A DNA stretch of 64,000 nucleotides. Source: an uncultured Spirochaetales bacterium (GTDB lineage Bacteria; Myxococcota_A; UBA9160; SMWR01). Under the pieces are notes generated by a model, which saw nothing but the letters and a program-made list of their open reading frames with translations, made no database searches and was not told the origin of the DNA. Shown piece by piece: positions 50,126 through 59,401 of the stretch (positions within the stretch are counted from its first letter, which is position 1; each line of letters opens with the position of its first letter). Location: assembly GCA_964653555.1 (NCBI GenBank), contig CAZZFT010000003.1:13642-77641 (forward strand), in the 5' to 3' direction. A program made the translations under genes and the position numbers.

Positions 50126-51355
50126 ATGGCCGAGGCGTGGATCATCGACGGCGTGCGCTCGCCGCGCGGGCGGGGCAAGCCGGGCAAGGGTGGGCTCGCC
50201 CATCTCCATCCCCAGCGCGTCCTCGCGCAGGTGCTGAACGCGCTGCGCGACCGGGTCGGATTCGACCCCGCGGAGGTCGACGACGTCGTCGTCGGCTGCG
50301 GAGCCGGAAACGGCGACCACGCACACGACATCGCCCGCATGTCGGTGCTCGACGCGGGATGGTCGACCGCGGCTCCGGGCGTCACCCTGCACCGCTTCTG
50401 CGGCTCGGGACAGCAGGCGGTGAACTTCGCCGCCATGGGCATCCTCGCCGGCCATCAGGACCTGGTGATCGGAGGCGGTGTCGAATCCATGTCCCGCTAC
50501 GCGCCGCTGCACGCGCACGGCTTCCACGCCAACAACGAGCACCTGTTCCGGCGCCATCCGATGGTTCCCCAGGGCATCTCCGCCGACCTGATCGCGACAC
50601 TGGAGGGGTTCACGCGCGAGGACTGCGACCGCTACGCGGTGCGCAGCCAGGAGCGCGCGGCCGCCGCCATCGCCGACGGCCGCTTCGACCGCAGCCTGGT
50701 CCCGATCCACAACGAGGACGGCTCCCTCGCCCTCGACCGCGACGAGCATCCGCGGGCGGGCACCACGCCCGAGAGCCTCGCCCAGCTACCGGCCTCCTTC
50801 GAGAAGATGGGCACGACGGTGATGGAGGGCTACGAAAAGAGCTTCGACGAGCTGTGCCGCGACGTGTACCCGCAGATCGACAAGGTCGACCACGTGCACC
50901 ATGCGGGCAACTCGTCCGGGGTGGTGGACGGCGCCAGCGCGATCCTGCTCGCCTCGCCGGAGTACGCGCGCGCCCACGGTCTCGCGCCGCGGGCGCGGAT
51001 CGTGATGACGGCCACGGTGGGCACCGAGCCCGTGATCATGCTCACCGCCCCGGAGCCGGCGGCACGCGCCTGCCTCGAGCGCGCCGGCATGGGCTACGGC
51101 GACATCGATCTATTCGAGGTGAACGAGGCCTTCGCATCGGTGGTGCTGAAGTTCCTCAAGGACTCGGGCGTCGACCCGGAGCGCGTCAACCCCAACGGCG
51201 GCGCGATCGCCCTCGGCCACCCGATCGGCGGCACCGGACCGATGCTCATCCAGACCGTGCTCGACGAGCTGGAGCGGCGCGATCTCGCCACCGGCCTGGT
51301 CACGATGTGCACCGGCGGCGGGATGGGCACGGCGACGATCATCGAGAGGATCTGA
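50126..51355 (+). CDS. Acetyl-CoA C-acyltransferase (thiolase)
   Basis: RFCGSG, NEAF, GHPIG and MCTGGG motifs. Confidence 0.93.
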   Translation: MAEAWIIDGVRSPRGRGKPGKGGLAHLHPQRVLAQVLNALRDRVGFDPAEVDDVVVGCGAGNGDHAHDIARMSVLDAGWSTAAPGVTLHRFCGSGQQAVNFAAMGILAGHQDLVIGGGVESMSRYAPLHAHGFHANNEHLFRRHPMVPQGISADLIATLEGFTREDCDRYAVRSQERAAAAIADGRFDRSLVPIHNEDGSLALDRDEHPRAGTTPESLAQLPASFEKMGTTVMEGYEKSFDELCRDVYPQIDKVDHVHHAGNSSGVVDGASAILLASPEYARAHGLAPRARIVMTATVGTEPVIMLTAPEPAARACLERAGMGYGDIDLFEVNEAFASVVLKFLKDSGVDPERVNPNGGAIALGHPIGGTGPMLIQTVLDELERRDLATGLVTMCTGGGMGTATIIERI

Positions 51356-51367
51356 GCGGGTCGCGGA

Positions 51368-52156
51368 TCAGTGGAAGTGGTGACCGCAGTTCACGTTCAG
51401 GGCCTGGCCGGTGATCCCGCGCGCGAGGTCCGAGGCCATGAACACGACTGCGTCGGCCACCTCCTCGGGGCGCGCGATCCGGCGCAGCGGTAGCTGATCG
51501 GCGACCGCCCGCTCGAGCGCCTCGGCCGTCGTGCCCTGCTCCGACGCCATCTGCTCGAAGTAGGCGGCGACCCCGGGACCCCAGATGTAGCTGGGGACGA
51601 TCGCGTTGACGCGGATGCCGTAGCGGCCCACCTCGAGGGCGAGCGTGCGCGTGGCGGCGTGGAGCGCCCCCTTCGAGGCGACGTAGGGGCCATGGCGCTC
51701 GAAGGGAATCCGGATCTCGGTGGTGTTGATCATCACGATCGCGCCCCGGGAGCGCCGGCGCATGTGCGGGATCACCGCCCGGGACAGGCGCAGGGAGCCG
51801 AGCAGGTTGACCCGCATCGGCTCGAGCCAGGCGTCGGCGTCGAGGTCGGCGTCCTCGATCGGGGTGTCGAGGTCACCGGTGGTGAAGGCGCTGTTCACGA
51901 GGACGTCGATGCGACCGAAGCGCTCCTGGGCCGCGGCGACGAGGCGGTCGCAGTCTTCGGCAGCGGAGACGTCCGTCACGACGCAGTGCGCGCGCCCGCC
52001 GACCGACTCGACCTCCTTGGCGACCGACTCGAGGCGCTCGGCGCTGCGCGCCGCGAGCACGACGTTCGCGCCCTCGCGACCGAAGGCGAGCGCCATGCCC
52101 CGTCCGAGGCCGGGACCGATTCCCGTGATGATGCAGCAGCGGTCGTGGAGCAGCAC
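51368..52156 (-). CDS. SDR family oxidoreductase
   Basis: TGIGPGLG, VNSA and YVASK motifs. Confidence 0.9.
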   Translation of the reverse strand: MLLHDRCCIITGIGPGLGRGMALAFGREGANVVLAARSAERLESVAKEVESVGGRAHCVVTDVSAAEDCDRLVAAAQERFGRIDVLVNSAFTTGDLDTPIEDADLDADAWLEPMRVNLLGSLRLSRAVIPHMRRRSRGAIVMINTTEIRIPFERHGPYVASKGALHAATRTLALEVGRYGIRVNAIVPSYIWGPGVAAYFEQMASEQGTTAEALERAVADQLPLRRIARPEEVADAVVFMASDLARGITGQALNVNCGHHFH

Positions 52157-52168
52157 GGCGTCTCCGCG

Positions 52169-52963
52169 TCAGTGGAAGTAGCCCCCGCAGTTCACGTCGA
52201 GCGACTGCCCGGTGACGATGCGGGAGAGGTCCGAGGCGAAGAAGACGACCGCGTCGGCCACCTCGCTCGCATCGACCAGACGGTGAAGGGCGTGCTCCTC
52301 GCGCAGACGATCCCGCAGCACCTCCTCGGCGGATCCTTCCCGCGCGGCGCGTGCCTCGAGAGCGGCGCGCAGGTGCGGCCCCTCGATCCAGCCCGGAACG
52401 ACCGTGTTCACGCGAATGCCGTGGGGCCCGAGCTCGCGGGCGAGCAGCCGCGCGGCCGCCAGCAGCGCGCCGCGCGCGAGGAGCACCGGTCCGGCGCCTT
52501 CGAGAGCGAGGCGCTCTTCGACGGAACCGATCATCACGATCGAGCCGCTGCCCAGCCGGCGCATCGCCCGCGCCACCTCCTGGGCGAGGGCGAGCGCCTC
52601 GAACACCTCCCCCTCGAGCGCGCGCCGCCAGGAGGCGAGGTCCGCCTCCGCGGTCTCCTCGGCCGCGGGCGTGCCCCGGGGCGGCCCGAGCACGAGCGCG
52701 TCGATGCGGCCCCAGGTCTGGACGGCCGTCTCCACCAGCCGGCGGCCCTCGCCGGCCTGCGACAGGTCCGCGGTGAGCGCGGTCGCGCTTCCGCCCTGCG
52801 CGCGGATCCCGGCGACCGCCTCCGCCAGGGCGTCGCTGCGCGGCCCGACCAGCACCAGGCGCGCTCCCTCGCGCGCCAGGGCCGAGGCGACGGATGCCTC
52901 CAGCTCCGGGCCGAGCCCGACCACCAGGGCGACGCGTTCGGTCAGCAGCCCGGCCTCCGGCAT
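52169..52963 (-). CDS. SDR-fold protein lacking canonical catalytic residues
   Basis: Paralog of the downstream SDR. GLGPELE replaces the Gly loop and VLLAR replaces YxxxK. Confidence 0.8.
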   Translation of the reverse strand: MPEAGLLTERVALVVGLGPELEASVASALAREGARLVLVGPRSDALAEAVAGIRAQGGSATALTADLSQAGEGRRLVETAVQTWGRIDALVLGPPRGTPAAEETAEADLASWRRALEGEVFEALALAQEVARAMRRLGSGSIVMIGSVEERLALEGAGPVLLARGALLAAARLLARELGPHGIRVNTVVPGWIEGPHLRAALEARAAREGSAEEVLRDRLREEHALHRLVDASEVADAVVFFASDLSRIVTGQSLDVNCGGYFH

Positions 52964-52970
52964 CGTCCCC

Positions 52971-53939
52971 TCAGTCCCCGCCCGCGCCGGCCGACGACGG
53001 CCCGTAGAACTGCCGCGCCCAGCGCCGGTACTCGCCGATCGGCCCGTCGCCGTCGCACAAGACCGGCGTCGGCCGATAGGTCTTGTTCTCCCAGATCGCG
53101 AAGTCCTGGGAGGTGATGTGCTGCTGCTCGTCCATCTGGGTGCGCAGCTCGGCCAGGGCCTCCTGCTCGCTGCGGGAGCCCTTCCGACCGATCACGGAGT
53201 TCGTGAAGCGTACGAGGCCCTCGTCGATCGGCGTGATCGTTCCGATGCTGCGCGTCTCGAAGGCTCCGTTGTAGTGGATCGTGTTGAAGCCGAGCCCCCA
53301 GTTCTCGGCCACCAGGTACAGCTCGCGACTGGGACCGCCCACCTCGTTCTCGTAGCCCGCATCGATCACCCAGCGGAACATGGGCCCCTCGAAGGAGCAC
53401 TCGCGGTGGCTCGGCACGTCCATCGCGTGCACCTGCTCGAAGTGCGGCCAGTCGATCGCGTTCTCCATCATCTCCTGGGGATGGGTGCGCAGCTCCCAGC
53501 TGTACCGGGTCCAGGTGGAGGTCCACTCGGCCGCGCCGTACTCCGCGATCCGCGGGATCCGGAAGCTCGGCGGCTCGCCACCGGCGTGGTGCCACACGTA
53601 GACCTGTCCGTTCCGCTCTTCGACGGGCCAGGAGCGGATGCGTGCTCGGGGCGGAATCCGACGCGCGTAGGGAATCTCGAGGCACTCGCCCTTCGCGTCG
53701 TAGCACCAGCCGTGGAAGGGACAGCGGAGGCGGTTGCCCTCCACGCGGCCGCCGTGCCCGAGATGTGCGCCGAGATGCGCGCAGTAGGCCTCCACCACGG
53801 CGGCCTCTCCGTCCTCGCCCCGAAACAGCACGAGCTCCTGACCGAACACGTGGATCGGCAGCAGCGCGCCGGGCGCCAGATCCTCGGAGAAGGCGATCTG
53901 GAACCAGCCGTTGGGCATGGCCAGTGCGTGAGCCGCCAT
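52971..53939 (-). CDS. Rieske [2Fe-2S] oxygenase, KshA/Nvd-like (paralog 3)
   Basis: PNGWF, CAHLG...CPFHGW, ENAIDWPHFEQVH and QDFAIW motifs. GAGGAGG RBS before the ATG at 53939. Confidence 0.9.
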   Translation of the reverse strand: MAAHALAMPNGWFQIAFSEDLAPGALLPIHVFGQELVLFRGEDGEAAVVEAYCAHLGAHLGHGGRVEGNRLRCPFHGWCYDAKGECLEIPYARRIPPRARIRSWPVEERNGQVYVWHHAGGEPPSFRIPRIAEYGAAEWTSTWTRYSWELRTHPQEMMENAIDWPHFEQVHAMDVPSHRECSFEGPMFRWVIDAGYENEVGGPSRELYLVAENWGLGFNTIHYNGAFETRSIGTITPIDEGLVRFTNSVIGRKGSRSEQEALAELRTQMDEQQHITSQDFAIWENKTYRPTPVLCDGDGPIGEYRRWARQFYGPSSAGAGGD

Positions 53940-53983
53940 CGGTTCTGTGCCCCTCCTCGCGAAGCCGGACTCCATCGTGACTT

Positions 53984-53999
53984 CTGATAATACGCTCAG
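53984..53999 (+). promoter_or_regulatory. Conserved 16-bp operator copy (CTGATAATACGCTCAG)
   Basis: In the divergent Rieske/TetR region. Confidence 0.75.
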
Positions 54000-54283
54000 C
54001 TCCTGGCGACCTCAACGAAAGAAACGTCGCGGAGCTTGAAACGGGTGTTCTAGTGGTGCGCCGCACGGAGTGAGGGCGAACTCGCCGCGAGCCGCCCCGG
54101 TTCTCGCTTGCCACGGGGGCGCTCGCCCGCCAAGCTGTGCGCCCAACGCCCGCGGGCCGCGATGCGGGATCGAACGCCGGCGCCGTCGGCGACGAAGCGG
54201 GCGGACCCGCGCCGGGATCCGAAGACCGAACCGCCGTCGCGACGGGCGCGCACGAACGGGCAGCAATGCGCAGGGAGACGAAC

Positions 54284-54931
54284 ATGGGGAGGAAGACGAA
54301 GGCGACCGCACCCGAGGCGAAGACCGAGCGGCGCATGGACGCGGACCGCCGTCGCGCACAGCTGCTCGAGTGCGCGATTCGCGTCGCGAGCCGGCAGGGT
54401 CTCGGCAGCAGCCCCCACGCGGCCACCGCCCGGGAAGCGAACGTCTCCGTCCCGACCGTGTTCGCCTACTTCCGCAGTCGGCAGGATCTGTTGCGCGCCA
54501 TCGTCGAGGACGTGGAGCGCCTGTACAGCGAGCTGGGGGCCGAGCACCTATCCCGCGACAAGCCGGCGCCGGAGGCGATGTTCGAGTTCCTGCGCGCCTG
54601 CGCGCAGACGGCGGCGACCGATCCCGATCGGGTCCGGGTCTGGCTCGACTGGAGCTCCACGGTGGGATCCGAGGTCTGGCCGCTGTACGTGGACTTCCAC
54701 GATCGTTCGATCCGCCGGATGGCCGCGCTCGTCCGCCGGGGCCAGCGCGAGGGCACCATCCCCCGCGACGTGGACGCCCTGGACGCCGCGCGGCTGCTGT
54801 TCGCCTCCGGCCACACCGTGGCCCAGATGATGTTCTCGAAGACTCCCGAGAAGACCGTGCGCCGGTTCCAGAACCACGTGATCTCGTCGGCGCTGCACCT
54901 CGAACCGTCGCATCCGGGTCTGCAGGACTAG
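54284..54931 (+). CDS. TetR family regulator resembling Vibrio LuxR/HapR/SmcR
   Basis: HTH segment HAATAREANVSVPTVFAYF; C-domain VWLDWSSTVGSEVWPLY; GGGAG RBS before the ATG at 54284. Confidence 0.85.
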   Translation: MGRKTKATAPEAKTERRMDADRRRAQLLECAIRVASRQGLGSSPHAATAREANVSVPTVFAYFRSRQDLLRAIVEDVERLYSELGAEHLSRDKPAPEAMFEFLRACAQTAATDPDRVRVWLDWSSTVGSEVWPLYVDFHDRSIRRMAALVRRGQREGTIPRDVDALDAARLLFASGHTVAQMMFSKTPEKTVRRFQNHVISSALHLEPSHPGLQD

Positions 54932-54966
54932 CGGGAGCGCGATCTCGCGGCGCGAGGGGCGGGGCC

Positions 54967-56238
54967 TCAGAGCAACATCGTCGCGGGAGACTCGACCAGG
55001 GAGCGGAAGGCCGCGAGGAGCCGGGCGCCGATGGCGCCGTCGATCGCGCGGTGGTCGGCGGCCAGCGTGACGATCGCCGTCCGCCGCACCACGGGCTGGC
55101 CCTCGCGCGCGACCACTCGCGGCTCCACCGCCCCCACGCCCAGGATGCACGCCTGGGGCACGTTGAGGATCGGGAACAGCCGCCGCACGCCGTACATGCC
55201 CAGGTTCGAGAGCGTGGCGGTGCCCCCGGCGTACTCCTCGGGGAGCAGTCGCCCCTGCTGGGCGCGCGCGACCAGGTCGTGCAGCTCGCGGGCGATCGCG
55301 CCGAGCCCCTTGCCGTCGGCGCCGCGCACGACCGGCGTCACGAGCCCGCGCTCCGAAGCGACCGCCACCGCGAGATCGACGCGCTCGTGCATGCGGAGGC
55401 CGCCGTCGCGCCAGGAGACGTTCGCCTCGGGGACCCGGCGCAGCGCGAGTGCCGCGATCCGCACCAGGAGGTCGTTCACGGTCAGCGCCGGTCCGCCGTC
55501 GGCGTCGCGCCCCTCGTTCAGCTCGCGGCGCAGGGCGAGCAGCCGCTCGGCGTCGCACTCCACGTCCAGATAGAAGTGCGGCGCCGTCCGCTTCGCCTCC
55601 GCGAGCCGCTCGGCCGCCGTGCGCCGGGCGACGCTGAGACGCTCGTCGCGCCCGGGCGGAGCCGCCTCCAGGACCGGCAGCACCGCTGCCGACGCGGTCG
55701 CCGGTGCCGGGCCGCGCGCGGACGGGGGGGCGGCGGACGGAGATCGTCGCTGCCCGCCGAGCGCCCGCTCCACGTCGAGGCGCACGATGCGTCCGCCGTG
55801 ACCCGACCCGGCCAGCTCGCCGAGATCGAGTCGCGCCTGCGCCGCCATCCGCCGCGCCAGGGGAGTGGCGCGCAGCGCCTCGGAGGGCGGAGGCGGGGGC
55901 GAAGCCGGCACGGCGGGCGGGCTGGCGTTCGCCGCGGAGGGCTCCTCGGCAGCCACCGGGCCGGGTGCGGGCGCCGCTCCGACGCGCTCGCTCGTGTCCT
56001 CGGCCGCCCGCATCCGCGCGAGCAGCGTCCCCACCGCGACGCCTTCGGTGCCCTCGGCGATCAGGATCTCGGCGAGCACGCCCGCCGCCTCCGCCTCCAG
56101 CTCGACGGTGGACTTGTCGGTCTCGACCTCCGCCAGCAGGTCACCGGGTCGGACGGCGTCGCCCACCCGCTTGTGCCAGGCCACCAGCGTGGCCTCGGCC
56201 GTGGAGGCCGAGAGCTCCGGCAGACGGATCTCGATCAC
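54967..56238 (-). CDS. Dihydrolipoamide acyltransferase (E2)
   Basis: Lipoyl motif ETDKS, ATPLARR binding domain, DHRAIDG active site. Confidence 0.92.
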   Translation of the reverse strand: MIEIRLPELSASTAEATLVAWHKRVGDAVRPGDLLAEVETDKSTVELEAEAAGVLAEILIAEGTEGVAVGTLLARMRAAEDTSERVGAAPAPGPVAAEEPSAANASPPAVPASPPPPPSEALRATPLARRMAAQARLDLGELAGSGHGGRIVRLDVERALGGQRRSPSAAPPSARGPAPATASAAVLPVLEAAPPGRDERLSVARRTAAERLAEAKRTAPHFYLDVECDAERLLALRRELNEGRDADGGPALTVNDLLVRIAALALRRVPEANVSWRDGGLRMHERVDLAVAVASERGLVTPVVRGADGKGLGAIARELHDLVARAQQGRLLPEEYAGGTATLSNLGMYGVRRLFPILNVPQACILGVGAVEPRVVAREGQPVVRRTAIVTLAADHRAIDGAIGARLLAAFRSLVESPATMLL

Positions 56239-58616
56239 GCGCGACCTCCCGCGGCGATCGCGTCGAGGCGGGCCCGTGCCGCCGCCTCGATCCAGGCCTC
56301 GGCGTCGAGGCCGTGATGGCGGTACAGGGCGGCCAGATCACCGGACTGGCCGAAGCTCTCCACGCCGAGTGACACGACACGGTGTCGACCGACCGCTCCC
56401 AGCCAGGAGAGCGCCGCCGGGTGCCCGTCGAGTCCCGTCACGAGCGCGGCCTCGGGTGCGAGCCGTGCGAGCAAGGCCTCGATCGGCGCGCGCCGCGCCG
56501 CCCGGCCGGCGGCGCGCTCCGCCTGGGCGGCGCGCCAGTCGCGGTGGAGCCGGTCCGCCGAGGTCACCGCCAGCAGGCCGATCCCCGGCAGGTCGGCGGC
56601 GAGAGCCGCGTGGGCGGCGAAGGCCTCCGGGGCGATCGCGCCCATGTAGACGAGCGCGAGCGGCGCCTCGCCGGTCGGCTCGATCGCCCAGTAGGCGCCG
56701 GCAACCACCGCGTCGGCGAGCTCGGGCGTCATCTCGCGCTCGGGCTGCTCCAGCGACCGCGTCGAGAGCCGCAGGCACACCGATCCCCCGTCGGGCGCCT
56801 GCATGTGCTCGAGCGCGAAACGCATCACCACCGCTAGCTCGTCGACGTAGGCGGGCTCGAAGGCCAGCAGGCCCGGCTGGCCCATGCACACGAGCGGGGT
56901 CGACACGGACTGGTGGGCGCCGCCTTCGGGCGCCAGCGTGATGCCCGAGGGCGTCGCCACCAGCAGGAAGCGTGCGTCCTGGTAGCAGGCGTAGTTGAGC
57001 GCATCGAGTCCGCGCGCGATGAAGGGGTCGTAGAGGGTTCCGATCGGCAGCAGCCGCGCCCCGAACAGCGGGCCGGCGAGACCGAGGGCGGCGAGCAGGA
57101 TGAACAGGTTGTTCTCCGCGATCCCCAGCTCGAAGTGCTGCCCGCCCGGCGACACCTCCCAGCTCTGGGCCGAGACCACGTTCTCGCGCCGGAACAGGTC
57201 CTCCTGGGTGAGCCGGTTGTAGACACCGCGCCGGTTCACCCAGGCCCCGAGGTTCGTCGAGACCGTCACGTCCGGCGACGCGGTGACGATCCGGTCGGCG
57301 ATCGGGCCGCCGCTTCGCGCGAGCTCGGCGAGCAGCCGCCCGAAACCCTCCTGGGTGGAGGCGCGCGCGGCGCGGCGCAGCGCGAGCGTGCGGGGGACCG
57401 GGATCGGGGCGGTCGCGTGACGGCGCTGGGTCTGGCGCGCGAAGGGCACCGACGCGAGGAACTCGCGCAGCGACGCCTCCGGCACGTCGAGGCCCGCAAA
57501 GGGCTCCCACTCGGCTCCTTCCGGCACCGCCTGCTCGGCGCGGAAGGACTCCATCTGCTCCGGGGTCATCAGCCCGGCGTGGTTGTCCTTGTGGCCCGCG
57601 AAGGGAAGCCCGTAACCCTTGATCGTGTAGGTCAGGAAGCAGGTCGGCGTGTCGCCGCTCGCGCGGTGGAAGGCCTCGAGCACGGTCTCGAGATCGTGCC
57701 CCCCGAGATTGGTCATCAGCGCGTGGAGGTCGGCGTCGTCGTGGCTCGCCAGCAGCTCGCGAAGGCCCGCGTCCCCGCCGAGATCGCGAAGTAGCGCGTC
57801 GCGCCAGCCCGCGCCGCCCTTGTAGACCAGTGCCGAGTAGAGGGAGTTCGGACAGCCGTCGATCCAGCGCCGCAGCGCGTCGCCGCCCGGACCGCGGAAG
57901 GCGGCTTCGAGGCGCTTGCCGTACTTGAGCACCTCCACGTCCCAGCCCATCGACCCGAACAGGGTCTCGATGCGCTGCCCGAGCCGGTCCTGCACGACGC
58001 GGTCGAGGCTCTGGCGGTTGTAGTCGATGATCCACCAGGTGTTGCGGACCTGGTACCGCCAGCCCTCGAGCAGTGCCTCGAACACGTTGCCCTCGTCGAG
58101 CTCCGCGTCGCCGACCAGCGCGATCATGCGACCGGGCGGCGCGTCGTCCGCCACCAGCTTCCGACTCCGCAGGTGGTCCTGGACCAGCGACGCGAAGAGC
58201 GTCATCGCGACGCCGAGACCGACCGAGCCGGTCGAGAAGTCGACGTCGTCGCCGTCCTTGGTGCGCGACGGGTACGACTGGGCACCGCCGAAGGCGCGGA
58301 AGCGCTCCAGCGCGTCGCGCGAGGCGCGTCCCAGCAGGTACTGGATCGCGTGGAACACGGGGCTCGCGTGGGGCTTCACCGCGACCCGGTCCTCGGGCCG
58401 CAGCACGTCGAAGTAGAGCGCCGCCATCAGCGTGACCACCGAGGCGCAGGAGGCCTGGTGTCCGCCGACCTTCAGGCCGTCCGAGTGGGGGCGCAGGTGA
58501 TTCGCGTGATGGATCGTCCACGCCGAGAGCCAGAGCAGCTTGCGCTCCAGCGCGCGCAGACAGCGCAGGCGCTCGAGCTCGCCCTGCCCCGCTTCGGCCC
58601 TCGCTGCGTCCGCCAT
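56235..58616 (-). CDS. Homodimeric 2-oxoacid dehydrogenase E1 (AceE/transketolase-like)
   Basis: KVGGHQAS, STGSVGLG, GDAELDEG TPP motif, ELGIAE and EGGAHQS. ATG at 58616. Confidence 0.88.
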   Translation of the reverse strand: MADAARAEAGQGELERLRCLRALERKLLWLSAWTIHHANHLRPHSDGLKVGGHQASCASVVTLMAALYFDVLRPEDRVAVKPHASPVFHAIQYLLGRASRDALERFRAFGGAQSYPSRTKDGDDVDFSTGSVGLGVAMTLFASLVQDHLRSRKLVADDAPPGRMIALVGDAELDEGNVFEALLEGWRYQVRNTWWIIDYNRQSLDRVVQDRLGQRIETLFGSMGWDVEVLKYGKRLEAAFRGPGGDALRRWIDGCPNSLYSALVYKGGAGWRDALLRDLGGDAGLRELLASHDDADLHALMTNLGGHDLETVLEAFHRASGDTPTCFLTYTIKGYGLPFAGHKDNHAGLMTPEQMESFRAEQAVPEGAEWEPFAGLDVPEASLREFLASVPFARQTQRRHATAPIPVPRTLALRRAARASTQEGFGRLLAELARSGGPIADRIVTASPDVTVSTNLGAWVNRRGVYNRLTQEDLFRRENVVSAQSWEVSPGGQHFELGIAENNLFILLAALGLAGPLFGARLLPIGTLYDPFIARGLDALNYACYQDARFLLVATPSGITLAPEGGAHQSVSTPLVCMGQPGLLAFEPAYVDELAVVMRFALEHMQAPDGGSVCLRLSTRSLEQPEREMTPELADAVVAGAYWAIEPTGEAPLALVYMGAIAPEAFAAHAALAADLPGIGLLAVTSADRLHRDWRAAQAERAAGRAARRAPIEALLARLAPEAALVTGLDGHPAALSWLGAVGRHRVVSLGVESFGQSGDLAALYRHHGLDAEAWIEAAARARLDAIAAGGRA

Positions 58617-58775
58617 CGCCTCTCCCGTGCCGGTCGGCCCGAGCCCCGATCCGGAGCCAGGGTACTGCCTGCGAGAGGACCGAAGATTGCGATGATGCCA
58701 ATATTCGACCCTCATTCAGCAACCTAGATCCATTCCACCCTTGATTATGGCGATTTTATTGCTCAACATCCGATC

Positions 58776-59261
58776 GTGGCGGCAGATCTGGACGAGATCG
58801 ACCGGCGCATCCTGGGCCAGCTCCAGGAGAACGCGCGGATCTCCAACGTGGAGCTGGCGGCAGCGGTGGGCCTGTCCCCCTCGCCCTGCTTGCGACGCGT
58901 GCGCGATCTCGAGGCGGAGGGCGTGATCCGGGGCCACGTCACCCTGCTCGACCCGATCCGGCTGGGCCTCGGCGTGAGCGTCTTCGTCCAGGTGCGGCTC
59001 GAGAGGCAGGTCGAGGAGGCGCTCGAGACCTTCGAGGCCGCGGTGTCGAGCCGACCCGAGGTCGTCGAGTGCTACCTGATGACGGGCGACGCCGACTACC
59101 TGCTGCGCGTCGTGGTGCCCGACCTGCCGGCCTACGAGCGCCTGATGATCGACCACCTCACGCGCATTCCCGGGGTGTCGAACATCCGCTCCAGCTTCTC
59201 GCTGAAGCAGGTCAAGTACCGGACCCAGCTTCCTCTCGACATGACCTCCGACGATTCCTGA
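58776..59261 (+). CDS. Lrp/AsnC family transcriptional regulator
   Basis: LDEIDRRIL...[16 protein letters not shown] and [13 protein letters not shown] motifs. Confidence 0.93.
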   Translation: MAADLDEIDRRILGQLQENARISNVELAAAVGLSPSPCLRRVRDLEAEGVIRGHVTLLDPIRLGLGVSVFVQVRLERQVEEALETFEAAVSSRPEVVECYLMTGDADYLLRVVVPDLPAYERLMIDHLTRIPGVSNIRSSFSLKQVKYRTQLPLDMTSDDS

Positions 59262-59299
59262 TCCGGCTCGGAGGCGCGTGTCGCGCCGAACCTTTCTGA

Positions 59300-59350
59300 T
59301 TGACACCGGACCGGCGTGGCGGGTAGCGTCGCTCCTGACATGTTCATCAG
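59300..59350 (+). promoter_or_regulatory. Candidate sigma70 promoter followed by a weak operator-like site
   Basis: TTGACA (59300-59305), 18-bp spacer, TAGCGT (59324-59329), then CTGACATGTTCATCAG (59335-59350). Confidence 0.45.
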
Positions 59351-59401
59351 CAGCTTTCTGCGCCCTCGAGAGGGCACTGGGGAAGCCGAGGGGGAATCCA
59401 G

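Noticed and set aside
54036-54136. TTGAAA and TTGCCA as -35 elements for the TetR gene
   Set aside because: No convincing -10 hexamer lies at the correct spacing.
54284-54931. A complete quorum-sensing circuit
   Set aside because: No autoinducer synthase, sensor kinase or LuxO-like gene is in the window. Only the regulator similarity is supported.
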